A stretch of DNA of 64,000 nt from Gemmatimonadota bacterium (GTDB lineage: Bacteria; Gemmatimonadota; Gemmatimonadetes; Palauibacterales; Palauibacteraceae). The translations under genes were made by a program, and so were the position numbers. This document shows, in pieces, positions 30,978-40,715 of this stretch. How positions within the stretch are numbered: position 1 is the first letter of the stretch; every line of letters starts with the position of its first letter. The notes beneath the pieces were generated by a model, which worked only from the letters and a program-made list of their open reading frames with translations, was not told the origin of the DNA and did no database searches. The stretch lies in the NCBI GenBank assembly GCA_965116475.1, contig OZ220691.1:3072001-3136000 (forward strand), given 5' to 3'.

Positions 30978-33014
30978 ATGCCCCGCTTCGACCTCCAGCT
31001 TCCATTCGAGCCGATGGGCGACCAGCCCACCGCCATCCGCGAGTTGGCCGAGGGCGTGCGCCGCGGCGACAAGTGGCAGACGCTGCTCGGCGTGACGGGC
31101 AGCGGCAAGACGGTAACGCTGGCGGCGATGATTGCGGAGGTCAATCGCCCGACGCTGGTGATGAGCCACAACAAGACGCTTGCCGCCCAGTTGTATGGAG
31201 AACTGCGACAGTTCTTCCCCCGCAACGCCGTCGAATATTTCATTTCCTATTACGACTATTACCAGCCCGAGGCCTATGTCCCCGCGACGGACACTTTCAT
31301 AGAGAAAGATGCGTCGATCAACGAGGACATCGATCGACTGCGGCTCCGCGCCACCTCGGCCCTCATGGAACGGCGAGATGTGATCGTCGTCGCCTCCGTG
31401 TCGGCGATCTACGGACTCGGCGATCCGGTCGGCTACCGTGAACTCATGCTCACGCTGCGCGAAGGGCAGGAGATATCCCGCCGGGAGATCCTCTCCCAAC
31501 TCGTGCAGATCCAGTATTCGCGGAACGATCTCGATTTCGTGCGCGGCACGTTCCGGGTGCGGGGCGATGTCATCGAGATCCTGCCCGCGTACGAGGAGCA
31601 GGGGGTAAGGGTCGAGATGTGGGGCGACGCGATCGAGCGCATCTCGAAGATCGACCCGATGACCGGCACGACCATCACCCGCCTGCCGGAGACATCGATC
31701 TTCCCGGCCACGCACTACGCGACGCTCGGCCACCGACTGGAGGAGGCCCGGCACGCGATCTACGTCGAGCTGGAGGAGCGGCTGATGCACCTCCGGCAGG
31801 ATGGCCGGCTCCTCGAGGCGCAGCGCCTGGAGCAGCGCACGCGGTTCGATCTCGAGATGCTGACGGAAGTGGGGTTCTGTCCCGGGATCGAGAACTACAG
31901 CCGGCATCTGGATGGCCGGGAGCCCGGCAGCCGTCCCTACTGCCTCCTCGACTATTTCCCGGATGACTATGTCGTGGTCGTCGACGAATCCCACGTGTCG
32001 ATCCCGCAGATCGGCGGCATGTACGAGGGGGACCGCAGCCGAAAGACGACGCTGGTCGAGTTCGGCTTCCGGCTCCCGTCCGCGCTGGACAACCGGCCGC
32101 TGTCGTTCCGGGAGTGGGAGGAGCTGGTGCCGCGCGCGGTCTTCGTCAGCGCGACGCCCGGCGAGTACGAGTTGCGGAAGAGCGGGGGCGTCGTCGTCGA
32201 ACAGTTGATTCGGCCGACCGGTTTGCTGGACCCGGAAGTGGAAGTGCGGCCGGTCCGCGGGCAGGTGGACGACCTGCTCGGCGAGATCCGCCGGCGGACG
32301 GAACGGCGCGAGCGCGTCCTCGTGACGACGCTCACGAAGCGGATGGCGGAAGATCTGTCCGAGTTCCTCGCGGTGCGGGGCGTGCGGGTGCGCTACATGC
32401 ACTCGGACATTGCGGCGATCGACCGGGTGAAGATTCTCCGCGACCTGCGGCTGGGGACGTTCGATGTCCTCGTCGGGATCAACCTGCTGCGCGAGGGGCT
32501 CGATCTGCCGGAGGTTTCCCTGGTCGCGATCCTCGATGCGGACAAGGAGGGCTTCCTCCGTTCCGACCGGTCGCTCGTGCAGACGATCGGGCGCGCGGCC
32601 CGAAACCTCGCGGGGAAGGCGATCCTGTACGCGGACAAGGTGACGGATTCGATGCGGCGCGCGCTGGATGAGACGGCGCGGCGACGCGAAGTGCAGGCGG
32701 AATACAACCGGGAGCACGGGATAGAGCCGCGCTCGATCGTGAAGTCGGTGAGGGAGATCCGGTTCTCGACCGCGGTGGCCGATGCGCGGGAGGCGCAGCC
32801 TGCCGTGCACGAACGGGAAGGCTCCTACGAAGAACTGTCGCCGGAGGCGCTGGCCGAGGCGATCGAGAAGGACATGCGCGCCGCGGCGGCCGCGCTCGAC
32901 TTCGAGACGGCGGCCCGGCTGCGGGATGAACTGTTCGAGATCCGGGCCCGGATCGGGGACGGGAAGGGGACGCGGCCGCCGGGACTGCCGATCTCCGCGG
33001 GGGATCCGGCATGA
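30978..33014 (+). CDS. uvrB: Excinuclease ABC subunit B
   Basis: [25 protein letters not shown] beta-hairpin, [28 protein letters not shown]-terminal UVR motif. Confidence 0.98.
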   Translation: MPRFDLQLPFEPMGDQPTAIRELAEGVRRGDKWQTLLGVTGSGKTVTLAAMIAEVNRPTLVMSHNKTLAAQLYGELRQFFPRNAVEYFISYYDYYQPEAYVPATDTFIEKDASINEDIDRLRLRATSALMERRDVIVVASVSAIYGLGDPVGYRELMLTLREGQEISRREILSQLVQIQYSRNDLDFVRGTFRVRGDVIEILPAYEEQGVRVEMWGDAIERISKIDPMTGTTITRLPETSIFPATHYATLGHRLEEARHAIYVELEERLMHLRQDGRLLEAQRLEQRTRFDLEMLTEVGFCPGIENYSRHLDGREPGSRPYCLLDYFPDDYVVVVDESHVSIPQIGGMYEGDRSRKTTLVEFGFRLPSALDNRPLSFREWEELVPRAVFVSATPGEYELRKSGGVVVEQLIRPTGLLDPEVEVRPVRGQVDDLLGEIRRRTERRERVLVTTLTKRMAEDLSEFLAVRGVRVRYMHSDIAAIDRVKILRDLRLGTFDVLVGINLLREGLDLPEVSLVAILDADKEGFLRSDRSLVQTIGRAARNLAGKAILYADKVTDSMRRALDETARRREVQAEYNREHGIEPRSIVKSVREIRFSTAVADAREAQPAVHEREGSYEELSPEALAEAIEKDMRAAAAALDFETAARLRDELFEIRARIGDGKGTRPPGLPISAGDPA

Positions 33015-33532
33015 GCGGCGCCCTGCTGGACGAGGCGGGGCTCGTGCGTTGGGGGCGAGAGGTCGGCGCGGTCGCGGATCGCGAGGGGGTCTTCGTCGCG
33101 CTCACCGGACCGCTCGGCGCCGGGAAGACGCGGTTCACGCAGGCGGCGTGTGCCGGAGCGGGCGTGGACGAAGCCGTGACGAGCCCGACCTACACGCTCG
33201 TTCACTGGTATGCCGGCGAGCGCGGTCCGGTCGGACACGCGGACCTGTACCGGCTCCGCGATCCATCCGAACTCCTCGCCCTCGGATGGGAAGAACTCGA
33301 AGCCCACGCGGGGGCCGTGTTCGTCGAGTGGGCGGAGCGGGCCGGGGAGGAGCTTCCGCTGGACCGCTGGGAAGTTCGGCTCGATTTCAGCTGCGGGCCC
33401 AACGGGACGGACGGGACCGCGGGAGGCGCCACGAGCGGGCTGCGGCGGGTGACGGTGCGCGGGCTGGGCCGCGTCCCGCCGGTTCCCGATCCGGGCCCGT
33501 ACGCCGCGGGGGCGGAGCCGTCCGCGTGCTGA
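33011..33532 (+). CDS. tsaE: t6A biosynthesis ATPase TsaE
   Basis: [30 protein letters not shown]. Confidence 0.95.
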   Translation: MSGALLDEAGLVRWGREVGAVADREGVFVALTGPLGAGKTRFTQAACAGAGVDEAVTSPTYTLVHWYAGERGPVGHADLYRLRDPSELLALGWEELEAHAGAVFVEWAERAGEELPLDRWEVRLDFSCGPNGTDGTAGGATSGLRRVTVRGLGRVPPVPDPGPYAAGAEPSAC

Positions 33533-34209
33533 GCCTGGCGCTGGAGACCAGCACGGGGCTCGGCGGCATCGCCGTGGGCCGCGGCGACACCCTGATTTCC
33601 GAATGTGCGCTGGCCGTCCGCGCCACGCACTCGGAGACCGTGCTCGACGAGGTGGAGCGCATGCTCGCGCGCGCCCGGATCGGCGTCGACGAGGTTGAAC
33701 GTGTGATCGTCGGGGCGGGGCCCGGTTCCTTCACCGGCGTGCGGATCGCGGCTTCGCTGGCGAAGGGATGGTGCCACGCGACGGGTGTGCCGCTCTTCGC
33801 GTACTCGAGTCTTCGCTCCGTTGCCGCCTCCGCGGGGCGTGAACGCGTCTGCGCCCTGTTCGACGCCCGGCGGGGCGAAGTGTACGGGGCCGCCTTCGCC
33901 CGCGGACCGCTGGAGGCCCCCGTCCTCGGGCCGGCGGCGCGCGACATCGACAGCTGGGTCGCGGAGCTGGGGGACTGCGGGTCCTGGTCCTTTGCCGGGG
34001 AGGGCGCGATCCGGCACCGGGCCACGATCGAGGCTCGCGGCGGGAGGGTGCTCCCGCCGTTTCTCGGCGTCCCGCGCGCGGGCGCGCTCCTGTGGCTGGC
34101 GGAGCGGCTTCCGGCCGGCCGTGTCGCGGACATCGACGCGTGGGAACCCCGGTATGTCCGGAGTTCCGGAGCCGAACGCCAGGCCGGGCGCCGTGGCGGA
34201 TCCGGATAG
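33526..34209 (+). CDS. tsaB: t6A biosynthesis protein TsaB
   Basis: LALETST, HSE, GPGSFTGVRI, DARRGEVY, EPRYVR. Confidence 0.94.
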   Translation: MLSLALETSTGLGGIAVGRGDTLISECALAVRATHSETVLDEVERMLARARIGVDEVERVIVGAGPGSFTGVRIAASLAKGWCHATGVPLFAYSSLRSVAASAGRERVCALFDARRGEVYGAAFARGPLEAPVLGPAARDIDSWVAELGDCGSWSFAGEGAIRHRATIEARGGRVLPPFLGVPRAGALLWLAERLPAGRVADIDAWEPRYVRSSGAERQAGRRGGSG

Positions 34210-34660
34210 GCCGAGGCTCAGGATCCGGCCGCTCCGCGAGTCGGACCTCGGGCAGGTCACGGCGATCGAGGAGGTCTGCTTCGCCACTCCCTGGTCCGAA
34301 CGGACGTTCAGGAACCTGCTCAGGCGCCCCGACGCGGTGCTCCTCTCCGCCGTGTACGCGGAGGAGCGGATCGCGGGCTACGCCGCCGTGTGGTTCGTCG
34401 GACGGGAGGCGGAACTGGGGGACCTCGCCGTGAATCCGGACGACCGCCGGCGCGGGATCGGGGGCGAGCTGGTGGACGCGGTTCTGAAGGAAGCGCGGGT
34501 CCGGGGCGTCGTCCGCATCTTCCTCGAGGTGCGGGAAGGGAACCGAAGCGCTCAGGATCTCTACCGAGGCCGGGGATTCGAGATCGTGGGACGGCGTCGC
34601 GGGTATTACGCGGGCCCGAAGGAGGACGCGCTCGTCATGCGTCGCTTGCTGGTCCGTTGA
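34193..34660 (+). CDS. rimI: Ribosomal protein S18-alanine N-acetyltransferase (GNAT)
   Basis: IEEVCFATPWS, LAVNPDDRRRGIG, LEVREGN, RRGYY, EDALVM; follows tsaE-tsaB; start may be ATG 34154. Confidence 0.9.
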   Translation: MADPDRPRLRIRPLRESDLGQVTAIEEVCFATPWSERTFRNLLRRPDAVLLSAVYAEERIAGYAAVWFVGREAELGDLAVNPDDRRRGIGGELVDAVLKEARVRGVVRIFLEVREGNRSAQDLYRGRGFEIVGRRRGYYAGPKEDALVMRRLLVR

Positions 34661-34736
34661 TCGTTTTCTGTTACCTTGATCCTCTTCATCATCACCACCA
34701 CCATGGACCTTCGAGTCGATCAGCGGGGAGGCGGGA

Positions 34737-35180
34737 ATGGCGCGCAGTCTGAACAAGGCGACACTCATCGGAAACCTGGGCGCGGACCCGGAAGTGCGGT
34801 CGACGAACACGGGTACGCGGGTAGCGACGCTCTCCGTCGCGACCAGCCGCCGGTGGACGACGCGCGCGGGCGACCAGCAGGAAAAGACGGAGTGGCATCG
34901 AGTGGTCTGCTGGGACCGCCTCGCCGAGATTTGCGAGCAATACCTGCGCAAGGGCGACCGCGTCTACGTGGAAGGCCGGATCGAGTACCGGCAGTGGGAG
35001 GGACAGGACGGCCAGACGCGGTATACGACGGAGATCCGTGCGCTCGAGATGATCATGCTCGGGAGCAGCGGCGGCGGCGGCGGAGAGAGTTATTCGGCGA
35101 CGGAACCGCGGCAGGAGCGTTCGGATTTTTCGGAATTCTCCAACCGGTCCGTCGCGGGTGAGGACGATCTCCCCTTCTGA
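34737..35180 (+). CDS. ssb: Single-stranded DNA-binding protein
   Basis: LNKATLIGNLGADPE, EKTEWHR, VYVEGRI, C-terminal DDLPF. Confidence 0.97.
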   Translation: MARSLNKATLIGNLGADPEVRSTNTGTRVATLSVATSRRWTTRAGDQQEKTEWHRVVCWDRLAEICEQYLRKGDRVYVEGRIEYRQWEGQDGQTRYTTEIRALEMIMLGSSGGGGGESYSATEPRQERSDFSEFSNRSVAGEDDLPF

Positions 35181-35217
35181 GGCGTCCGGCGTCGCGACCG
35201 CCGGACCTCGCCACGGC

Positions 35218-36564
35218 ATGGACGCCCGGATGCCGGAGTCGGCGCCGGAGATGGTGCCGGAGCCGACGCCCCATGCGCTCGCCGACGCGCTCGTCGTCGT
35301 CGGACTCAGCCACCGGACGGCTCCCATCGACATCCGGGAGCGTTTCGCGCTTGGCGACCGCCGACGGGAGGCGTGGGTCGAGAATCTGACGGCCTCGGCG
35401 GATGTCTCCGAGTGCGTCGTGCTGTCCACCTGCAACCGGACGGAATGTTACCTGGCGGGAAGCGACGCGGAGGCGCTCGACCGCCTCGGGCGCGAGGCGC
35501 TGTGCGCGGTCTCGGGCCTGGGGATCGCCGGAGACTCGTACCTGGCCACGCTCGAAGGGATGAGCGCCGTCCGCCACCTGTTCCGCGTCACCAGCGGTCT
35601 GGAATCGCTCATCGTCGGCGAACCTCAGATTCAGGGCCAGGTCCGGGGAGCCTACCGGGACGGATGTCCCATGGTGGGGCCGGTGCTGCATCGCCTGTTC
35701 CAGTCGGCCCTCGAGGTCGGCGGGCGCGTACGGGCCGACACGTCGATCGCGAGCGGCGTGACCTCGATCCCCGGCGCGGCCGTCGGTCTCGCCCGGAAGG
35801 TGTTCGGCTCTCTCGCCGACCGTAGCGTGCTCGTGCTCGGGACCGGCGAGATGGGAAGACTCACGGTGCAGTGCCTGAAGCGGGACGGGGCAGGGCGCGT
35901 GTTTCTCGCGAGCCGCGATCCGGACCGCGCCGAGCGCGTGAGCCAGCCTCTCGAAGCGCTCCCGATGCGAAGGAGCGCGGCGCTCGAGGCGCTGGATCGC
36001 GTGGATCTCGTCATCGCCTGCACGGAGTCCGAGGCGGCCTTCCTCCGGGCGGCGCATGTCGGTGGCCCGCGAACGGGGGCGGCGCCGCTCGTGATTCTCG
36101 ACATCGCCGTGCCCCGCAACGTCGATCCGCGCGTGGCCGGGATCTCCGGTGTGTTCCTGTACAACATCGACGACCTGCGGCACGTCGTGGATCGAGCGCG
36201 GGCGGCGCGCGAGTACGAGCGCGAGCGCGCGGAGGCCATCATCGAGCGGCACGTCGCGAAATACCGGGCCTGGCGAAGCCGTCGCCGCGCCGACCCGGCC
36301 GTTCGGGTGCTGAGGAACACCGCTCGTCGGCTGGTTGCCGATGCTCTCGCGGCCCGCACCCCGGTTCCCGACGACGAAGAAGCCCTGCGGCTGGCGAGCC
36401 AGGCCGCGCTCAACAAGGTTCTGCACGGGCCGACCCGCGCCATCCGGCGGCTCGCCGAACGATCCGACGGCGAGGCGTGTCTTCGTCGGATGGAGCCATG
36501 GCTGGCAGGCGGTGGAAAACCCCGGGCCAGCGCAGGGAGCGGTGGAGTGAGGGCGGGGGGATGA
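35218..36564 (+). CDS. hemA: Glutamyl-tRNA reductase
   Basis: GLSHRTAPIDIRE, STCNRTE (catalytic Cys), SLIVGEPQI, GTGEMG, DIAVPRNVDP; start approximate. Confidence 0.93.
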   Translation: MDARMPESAPEMVPEPTPHALADALVVVGLSHRTAPIDIRERFALGDRRREAWVENLTASADVSECVVLSTCNRTECYLAGSDAEALDRLGREALCAVSGLGIAGDSYLATLEGMSAVRHLFRVTSGLESLIVGEPQIQGQVRGAYRDGCPMVGPVLHRLFQSALEVGGRVRADTSIASGVTSIPGAAVGLARKVFGSLADRSVLVLGTGEMGRLTVQCLKRDGAGRVFLASRDPDRAERVSQPLEALPMRRSAALEALDRVDLVIACTESEAAFLRAAHVGGPRTGAAPLVILDIAVPRNVDPRVAGISGVFLYNIDDLRHVVDRARAAREYERERAEAIIERHVAKYRAWRSRRRADPAVRVLRNTARRLVADALAARTPVPDDEEALRLASQAALNKVLHGPTRAIRRLAERSDGEACLRRMEPWLAGGGKPRASAGSGGVRAGG

Positions 36565-36592
36565 GCCAGGACAGGGTGCAGGGGGGGCGCAC

Positions 36593-37342
36593 GTGATTGC
36601 GGAGGTCGGGATCGGGGTCGGCGGGGGTCTGGATGTCGTGCAGGATCTTTCCGCTCGCGTGATCGATTCCCCCATCGACATGATCCTGGGCGCGACGCTG
36701 CCCACGAAGATCATCCTCACCGTGCTCGCCGCCTTCTCGCTCGTGTCCTGGGTCCTCATCATCTGGAAGTTCCGCGAGTTGCGCGCCGTGAACGCGCGGG
36801 CGGACGACTTCGTGTTCGCGATGGCCGGGGCCAACGGCCTCGTGGACCTCAACGACGCGCTGGCGGAACTGGACGATTCCCCCTTTAAAAGGGTGTTCCG
36901 GGAGGGGATCGCCTTCTTCTCCGAACTGCGTCCGGGCGCGCTCGGCGCCGCGCACGTCGGAGAAGGGCTGAGCCCGACGCAGCTCGAAGCGCTGTGGCTG
37001 GTGCTCGAGAAGAGCCTCTCGGAGGAGAAGGATGAACTCGCGCACGGGCTGCCCTGGCTCGCCATCATCGGCTCCGTGAGTCCTCTCCTCGGCCTCATGG
37101 GCACCGTCGTGGGCGTGATGAACTCGTTCATCGGGATCACGTCGCAGGGGTCCGCCAACATCGCGGCTGTCGCGCCGGGCATCGCGGAAGCGCTCACGAC
37201 CACGGTCGCGGGGCTGGCCGTCGCGATTCCCGCGGTCATCGCATACAACCACTATGCCTCCCGCCTGCGTCTGTTCGTGGGAGAACTGGAAGGATTCGCG
37301 AGCGAATTCGTGGGCACGCTCGCGCGCGAAGGGCGCCTGTGA
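36593..37342 (+). CDS. tolQ: TolQ/ExbB proton channel subunit
   Basis: SPLLGLMGTVVG, VAPGIAEAL, AIPAVIAYN; first gene of the tol-pal cluster. Confidence 0.9.
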   Translation: MIAEVGIGVGGGLDVVQDLSARVIDSPIDMILGATLPTKIILTVLAAFSLVSWVLIIWKFRELRAVNARADDFVFAMAGANGLVDLNDALAELDDSPFKRVFREGIAFFSELRPGALGAAHVGEGLSPTQLEALWLVLEKSLSEEKDELAHGLPWLAIIGSVSPLLGLMGTVVGVMNSFIGITSQGSANIAAVAPGIAEALTTTVAGLAVAIPAVIAYNHYASRLRLFVGELEGFASEFVGTLAREGRL

Positions 37343-37379
37343 GCCGGGAATCCGGCGGCTGGCGGATGAGGAGCGCGGG

Positions 37380-37805
37380 ATGAAACGGCGCTTTACACAG
37401 CAGGCCGACGGGATCGGCGTCGTGGCGGAGATCAACGTCACGAGTCTCGTCGACGTCGCGTTCACCCTCCTCATCATCTTCATGATCACGGCGCCCATTC
37501 TCCAGGGCGGCATCGAGATCGACCTTCCGGAGGGCGTCTCCGCGCCGCTCAGCGCCGCCGACGCGCTCGTGGTCTCGATCGACGCGGACGGGCAAATCTA
37601 CGTGGATGACGTACCGGTGACGTTCGAGGAGTTCGAGGCCTCGCTCGCGCTGGCCCTCGATCGCTTCGAGTCGGACCAGGTCTACCTCAAGGCCGACGGT
37701 GACCTCGCCCTACGCCAGGCGACCCGGGTGATGGGTCCGATCCAGGACGCGGGCGGCGTGCTGAGCATCGTCACCGATCCGGACCCGCGGCGTCGCCGTC
37801 CATGA
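37380..37805 (+). CDS. tolR: TolR/ExbD
   Basis: AEINVTSLVDVAFTLLIIFMITAP; VYLKAD. Confidence 0.9.
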   Translation: MKRRFTQQADGIGVVAEINVTSLVDVAFTLLIIFMITAPILQGGIEIDLPEGVSAPLSAADALVVSIDADGQIYVDDVPVTFEEFEASLALALDRFESDQVYLKADGDLALRQATRVMGPIQDAGGVLSIVTDPDPRRRRP

Positions 37806-38527
37806 CTCCGCACGGAAGCGTGGAAGCCGGGAACGGTCGCGGACCTTGGCGCGCGTGGCGGCGCGGGGGGCCGCAGCGCCACGGGCGTCTGCCCAGGCGG
37901 GCCGTGTACGGCTCCCTCGGCGTCCACGGGGGGCTCCTGGTCGTCGCCGTGCTCGGCGACGCCGTGATCCGCCCGGCCGAGCTGCCCACGGCGGTGCGGG
38001 TGAACTTTCTTGAGTTCGCTCCGGAGGATGCGCCGATCCGCCTCGATCCTTCGCCCCCCGAGGTCGCGGAAGAGGAGAACCGGCCGCCTCCCCCGGAACC
38101 GACGCCCGATCCGGTGCCGCAGGTGGAGACGCCCACGGTGGAGGCCGAGGTGCAGGTCGAACGCGAGGCGGAGCCCGAACCCGCCAGGGCGGAGGAAGTC
38201 GGCGAGGAAGTGCGCACGATCCGGATCGCCGGCGATGCGTCGGCGTGGCCCGAATACGAGGAGAACATCATCCGGCAGATCCAGCGCCGTTGGCGCCCCC
38301 CCGTGGGCGCGCGCAATCTGCGGGCCGAGATCTACTTCATCATCCACCGGGACGGGCGGGTGACGGGGTTCGAGTGGGTGGCGAAATCCGGGAGCCTGGT
38401 GTTCGATACCCAGGCGATGGGAGCCGTGGAATCGGCGGGTCGCGATCAGGCCTTCGGCCCGCTTCCCGACGACTTCCCGGCCGACGCGCTCGCCGTCTCG
38501 TTCTTCTTCGACCCGAGCGCACGCTGA
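37802..38527 (+). CDS. tolA: TolA/TonB-like energy transducer
   Basis: TM helix with SxxxH (SLGVH), Pro/Glu linker, C-terminal IQRRW...SGSLVFD...AFGPLP domain. Confidence 0.78.
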   Translation: MTPHGSVEAGNGRGPWRAWRRGGPQRHGRLPRRAVYGSLGVHGGLLVVAVLGDAVIRPAELPTAVRVNFLEFAPEDAPIRLDPSPPEVAEEENRPPPPEPTPDPVPQVETPTVEAEVQVEREAEPEPARAEEVGEEVRTIRIAGDASAWPEYEENIIRQIQRRWRPPVGARNLRAEIYFIIHRDGRVTGFEWVAKSGSLVFDTQAMGAVESAGRDQAFGPLPDDFPADALAVSFFFDPSAR

Positions 38528-39922
38528 ATGGGTAGAGCGAGGGTCGTTCGTCGACGCCGGGCCGCCGGCTGGGGACACCGGGCCGCCGGCTGGGGACACC
38601 GGGCCGCCGGGTGGGGACGCCGGGTCGCCGCCGCGGGGCTGGCGCTGGCCGCCGCCGCGGCGGGAGCGCCGCTCGGAGGCCAGGAAGGCGGAGCGCTCCG
38701 CCTGGGCCTCACCTACGAGGCCCGCTACGTGCCGGGCATGGTCGTCGCGCCCGTCTCCGCGAGCGCCGGATTCGGGGAACTGGGTGCCGCGGTCGGCGAG
38801 ATTCTTCGCACGGACCTCGACTATTCCGACCGGTTCGACATCCTCGCGGTGCCCGACACGCTCACCCTGAGCGGCGCCCCGAACTACGCGCTCTGGAACG
38901 ATCTCGGGGCCGTGTGGCTCGTCACCTCGGACATCTCCGTCGCACCCGGGACGCAGACGCCGCTCCTCAGGGTCAGCCTGCACGACGTCGTATACGGAAA
39001 CCTCGAGAACGTCCAGGCCTTCAGTCTGCCCTCCCTGGATGCGGCGGACTTTCGAATGTCGGTCCACCGGATCTCCGACCGGATCGTCTTCTGGGCGACG
39101 GGAGGCCAGCGCGGCATCGCCGCGACGCGGATCGCCCTGCGCCGGAGGGACGGCGACGGGTCGTCCTACCTGGTGCTGATCGACAGCGATGGCCGGAATC
39201 CGCAGCGGATCGATACCGGGGGCCGCAACGTCTATTCGCCCGCCTTCTCGCCGGACGCCACTCGCATCGCGTACACGATCCAGGATGAGACGGGGTACTT
39301 CTCGCTCGTGGAAATGAATCTCATCACCCGCAGCCGCCGAACGGTGGCGTCCGGAAGACTCATCCAGACGCCGACCTGGACGCCGGACGGACGGCTGGCG
39401 TACGCCGAAGGCATCGCCGGAACGACGCGCATCGTGCTCGAGGGCGACGGGCCGCTGACCGAGGGCCGGGTCCAGTCGCTGAACCCCAGCTTTTCGCCGG
39501 ATGGGGTGTCGTTCGCGTACGAGGCCGATCCGGCGAACGAGCAGCAGGTCTACGTCCGCCTCGTCTCGGGAGGCCCGGCCCGCCGCATCAGCATCTACCA
39601 CCCGCGGGAGGATACCAACGCGGCCGGCCCGGACTGGTCGCCCAACGGCGACCGGATCGCGTATTCCGCCCTGAGCGACCGCCGCTGGCAGATCTTCACG
39701 GTGAACCCGGATGGCACCGACCGGCGCCCGCTGACCAGCCGTGGCGAGAGCGAGGATCCCAGCTGGGCGCCCGATGGCCGCCATCTCGTCTTTTCATCGA
39801 TCGACTCGCAGGGTTCGACCGTCTGGATCCTCGATGTGTTCACGGGGAGAGCCCGGCCCCTGACGGCGGGACGGCTCGACGGCCTCCCGGACTGGTCGCC
39901 CCCCATCCCGGCAGGCTCATGA
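38528..39922 (+). CDS. tolB: TolB beta-propeller protein
   Basis: DLDYSDRF N-domain; PD40 repeats PAFSPD, PTWTPDG, PSFSPDG, PDWSPNG, PSWAPDG; position before pal. Confidence 0.88.
   Translation: MGRARVVRRRRAAGWGHRAAGWGHRAAGWGRRVAAAGLALAAAAAGAPLGGQEGGALRLGLTYEARYVPGMVVAPVSASAGFGELGAAVGEILRTDLDYSDRFDILAVPDTLTLSGAPNYALWNDLGAVWLVTSDISVAPGTQTPLLRVSLHDVVYGNLENVQAFSLPSLDAADFRMSVHRISDRIVFWATGGQRGIAATRIALRRRDGDGSSYLVLIDSDGRNPQRIDTGGRNVYSPAFSPDATRIAYTIQDETGYFSLVEMNLITRSRRTVASGRLIQTPTWTPDGRLAYAEGIAGTTRIVLEGDGPLTEGRVQSLNPSFSPDGVSFAYEADPANEQQVYVRLVSGGPARRISIYHPREDTNAAGPDWSPNGDRIAYSALSDRRWQIFTVNPDGTDRRPLTSRGESEDPSWAPDGRHLVFSSIDSQGSTVWILDVFTGRARPLTAGRLDGLPDWSPPIPAGS
38557..38630 (+). repeat. 21-bp tandem repeat, about 3.5 copies (CCGGGCCGCCGGCTGGGGACA; RAAGWGH), in the TolB signal n-region
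   Basis: Read directly from sequence. Confidence 0.9.
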
Positions 39923-40070
39923 CCGGGTCGTCTCGCGGGTTGCGACTCGACGGGTCTTCGATAGGTTACGAATCCGTGTTGAAACCGGGATCGGGTCAGC
40001 GTTTTCAGCGCCGACGTTCGCCCTGTCCTCGCCGAATTCTCGTCCCGCGACTGGTAAAAAGGAGACCTCG

Positions 40071-40715
40071 ATGCGACTGAGCCACCGCTTCTCTCCAATT
40101 CTTCTCGTTGCGCTTCTGGCGACGGCGTGTAGCGGCAACCCGGAACCGGAGCCGGTCCCTCCGCCGCCGCCGCCTCCTCCTCCCCCGGTCGTGGATGACA
40201 GCGCGGAGCGCGAGGCGGCCGCGTCCCGGCTCTGCGATCAGGCGATGACGGCCATGGAGGCGGGCGATTTCACGCGTGCGCGCGAATTGCTCGAACGGGC
40301 CGTAAACGACTATCCCGGCACGACGTGCGCGGAGTCCGCGCCCGCGGACATCGAACGCGCGATGGACGGCGAGGCGATCGTCGCGCGGATTCACTTCGAC
40401 TACAACGAATCCGCCATCACCGATGACGCCGCCGCCGTTCTGCAGCGCAAGGCGGACGCGCTGCGGGGTCGGTCCGGCATCCGCCTCCGGGTCGAGGGGC
40501 ATTGCGACGAGCGGGGCTCCCTCGAGTACAACCAGGCGCTCGGCCTGAGAAGGGCCCAGGCCGCGGTCGACTACCTCTCCAGCCTGGGGCTGGACGCCGA
40601 CCGCTTCGATGTCGTGACGTTCGGGGAGGAGATGCCGCTGGCCCGCGGGAGCAACGAGTCGGCGTGGCGGCAGAATCGTCGTGGTGAGTTCGTCATCACG
40701 GACGGAGACATCTAG
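40071..40715 (+). CDS. pal: Peptidoglycan-associated lipoprotein (OmpA-C domain) with poly-Pro linker and TPR-like insert
   Basis: AAGGAG RBS; lipobox LATAC; IHFDYN, EGHCDERGSLEYNQALGLRRA, FGEE, QNRRGEF. Confidence 0.92.
   Translation: MRLSHRFSPILLVALLATACSGNPEPEPVPPPPPPPPPPVVDDSAEREAAASRLCDQAMTAMEAGDFTRARELLERAVNDYPGTTCAESAPADIERAMDGEAIVARIHFDYNESAITDDAAAVLQRKADALRGRSGIRLRVEGHCDERGSLEYNQALGLRRAQAAVDYLSSLGLDADRFDVVTFGEEMPLARGSNESAWRQNRRGEFVITDGDI

Noticed and set aside
38557..38630. Tandem repeats as a CRISPR array
   Set aside because: Head-to-tail units without spacers, inside a CDS, and no cas genes
39923..40070. tolB-pal intergenic region as a riboswitch or sRNA
   Set aside because: No recognisable RNA family motif; only a weak TTGCGA-N16-TAGGTT promoter-like match and an RBS
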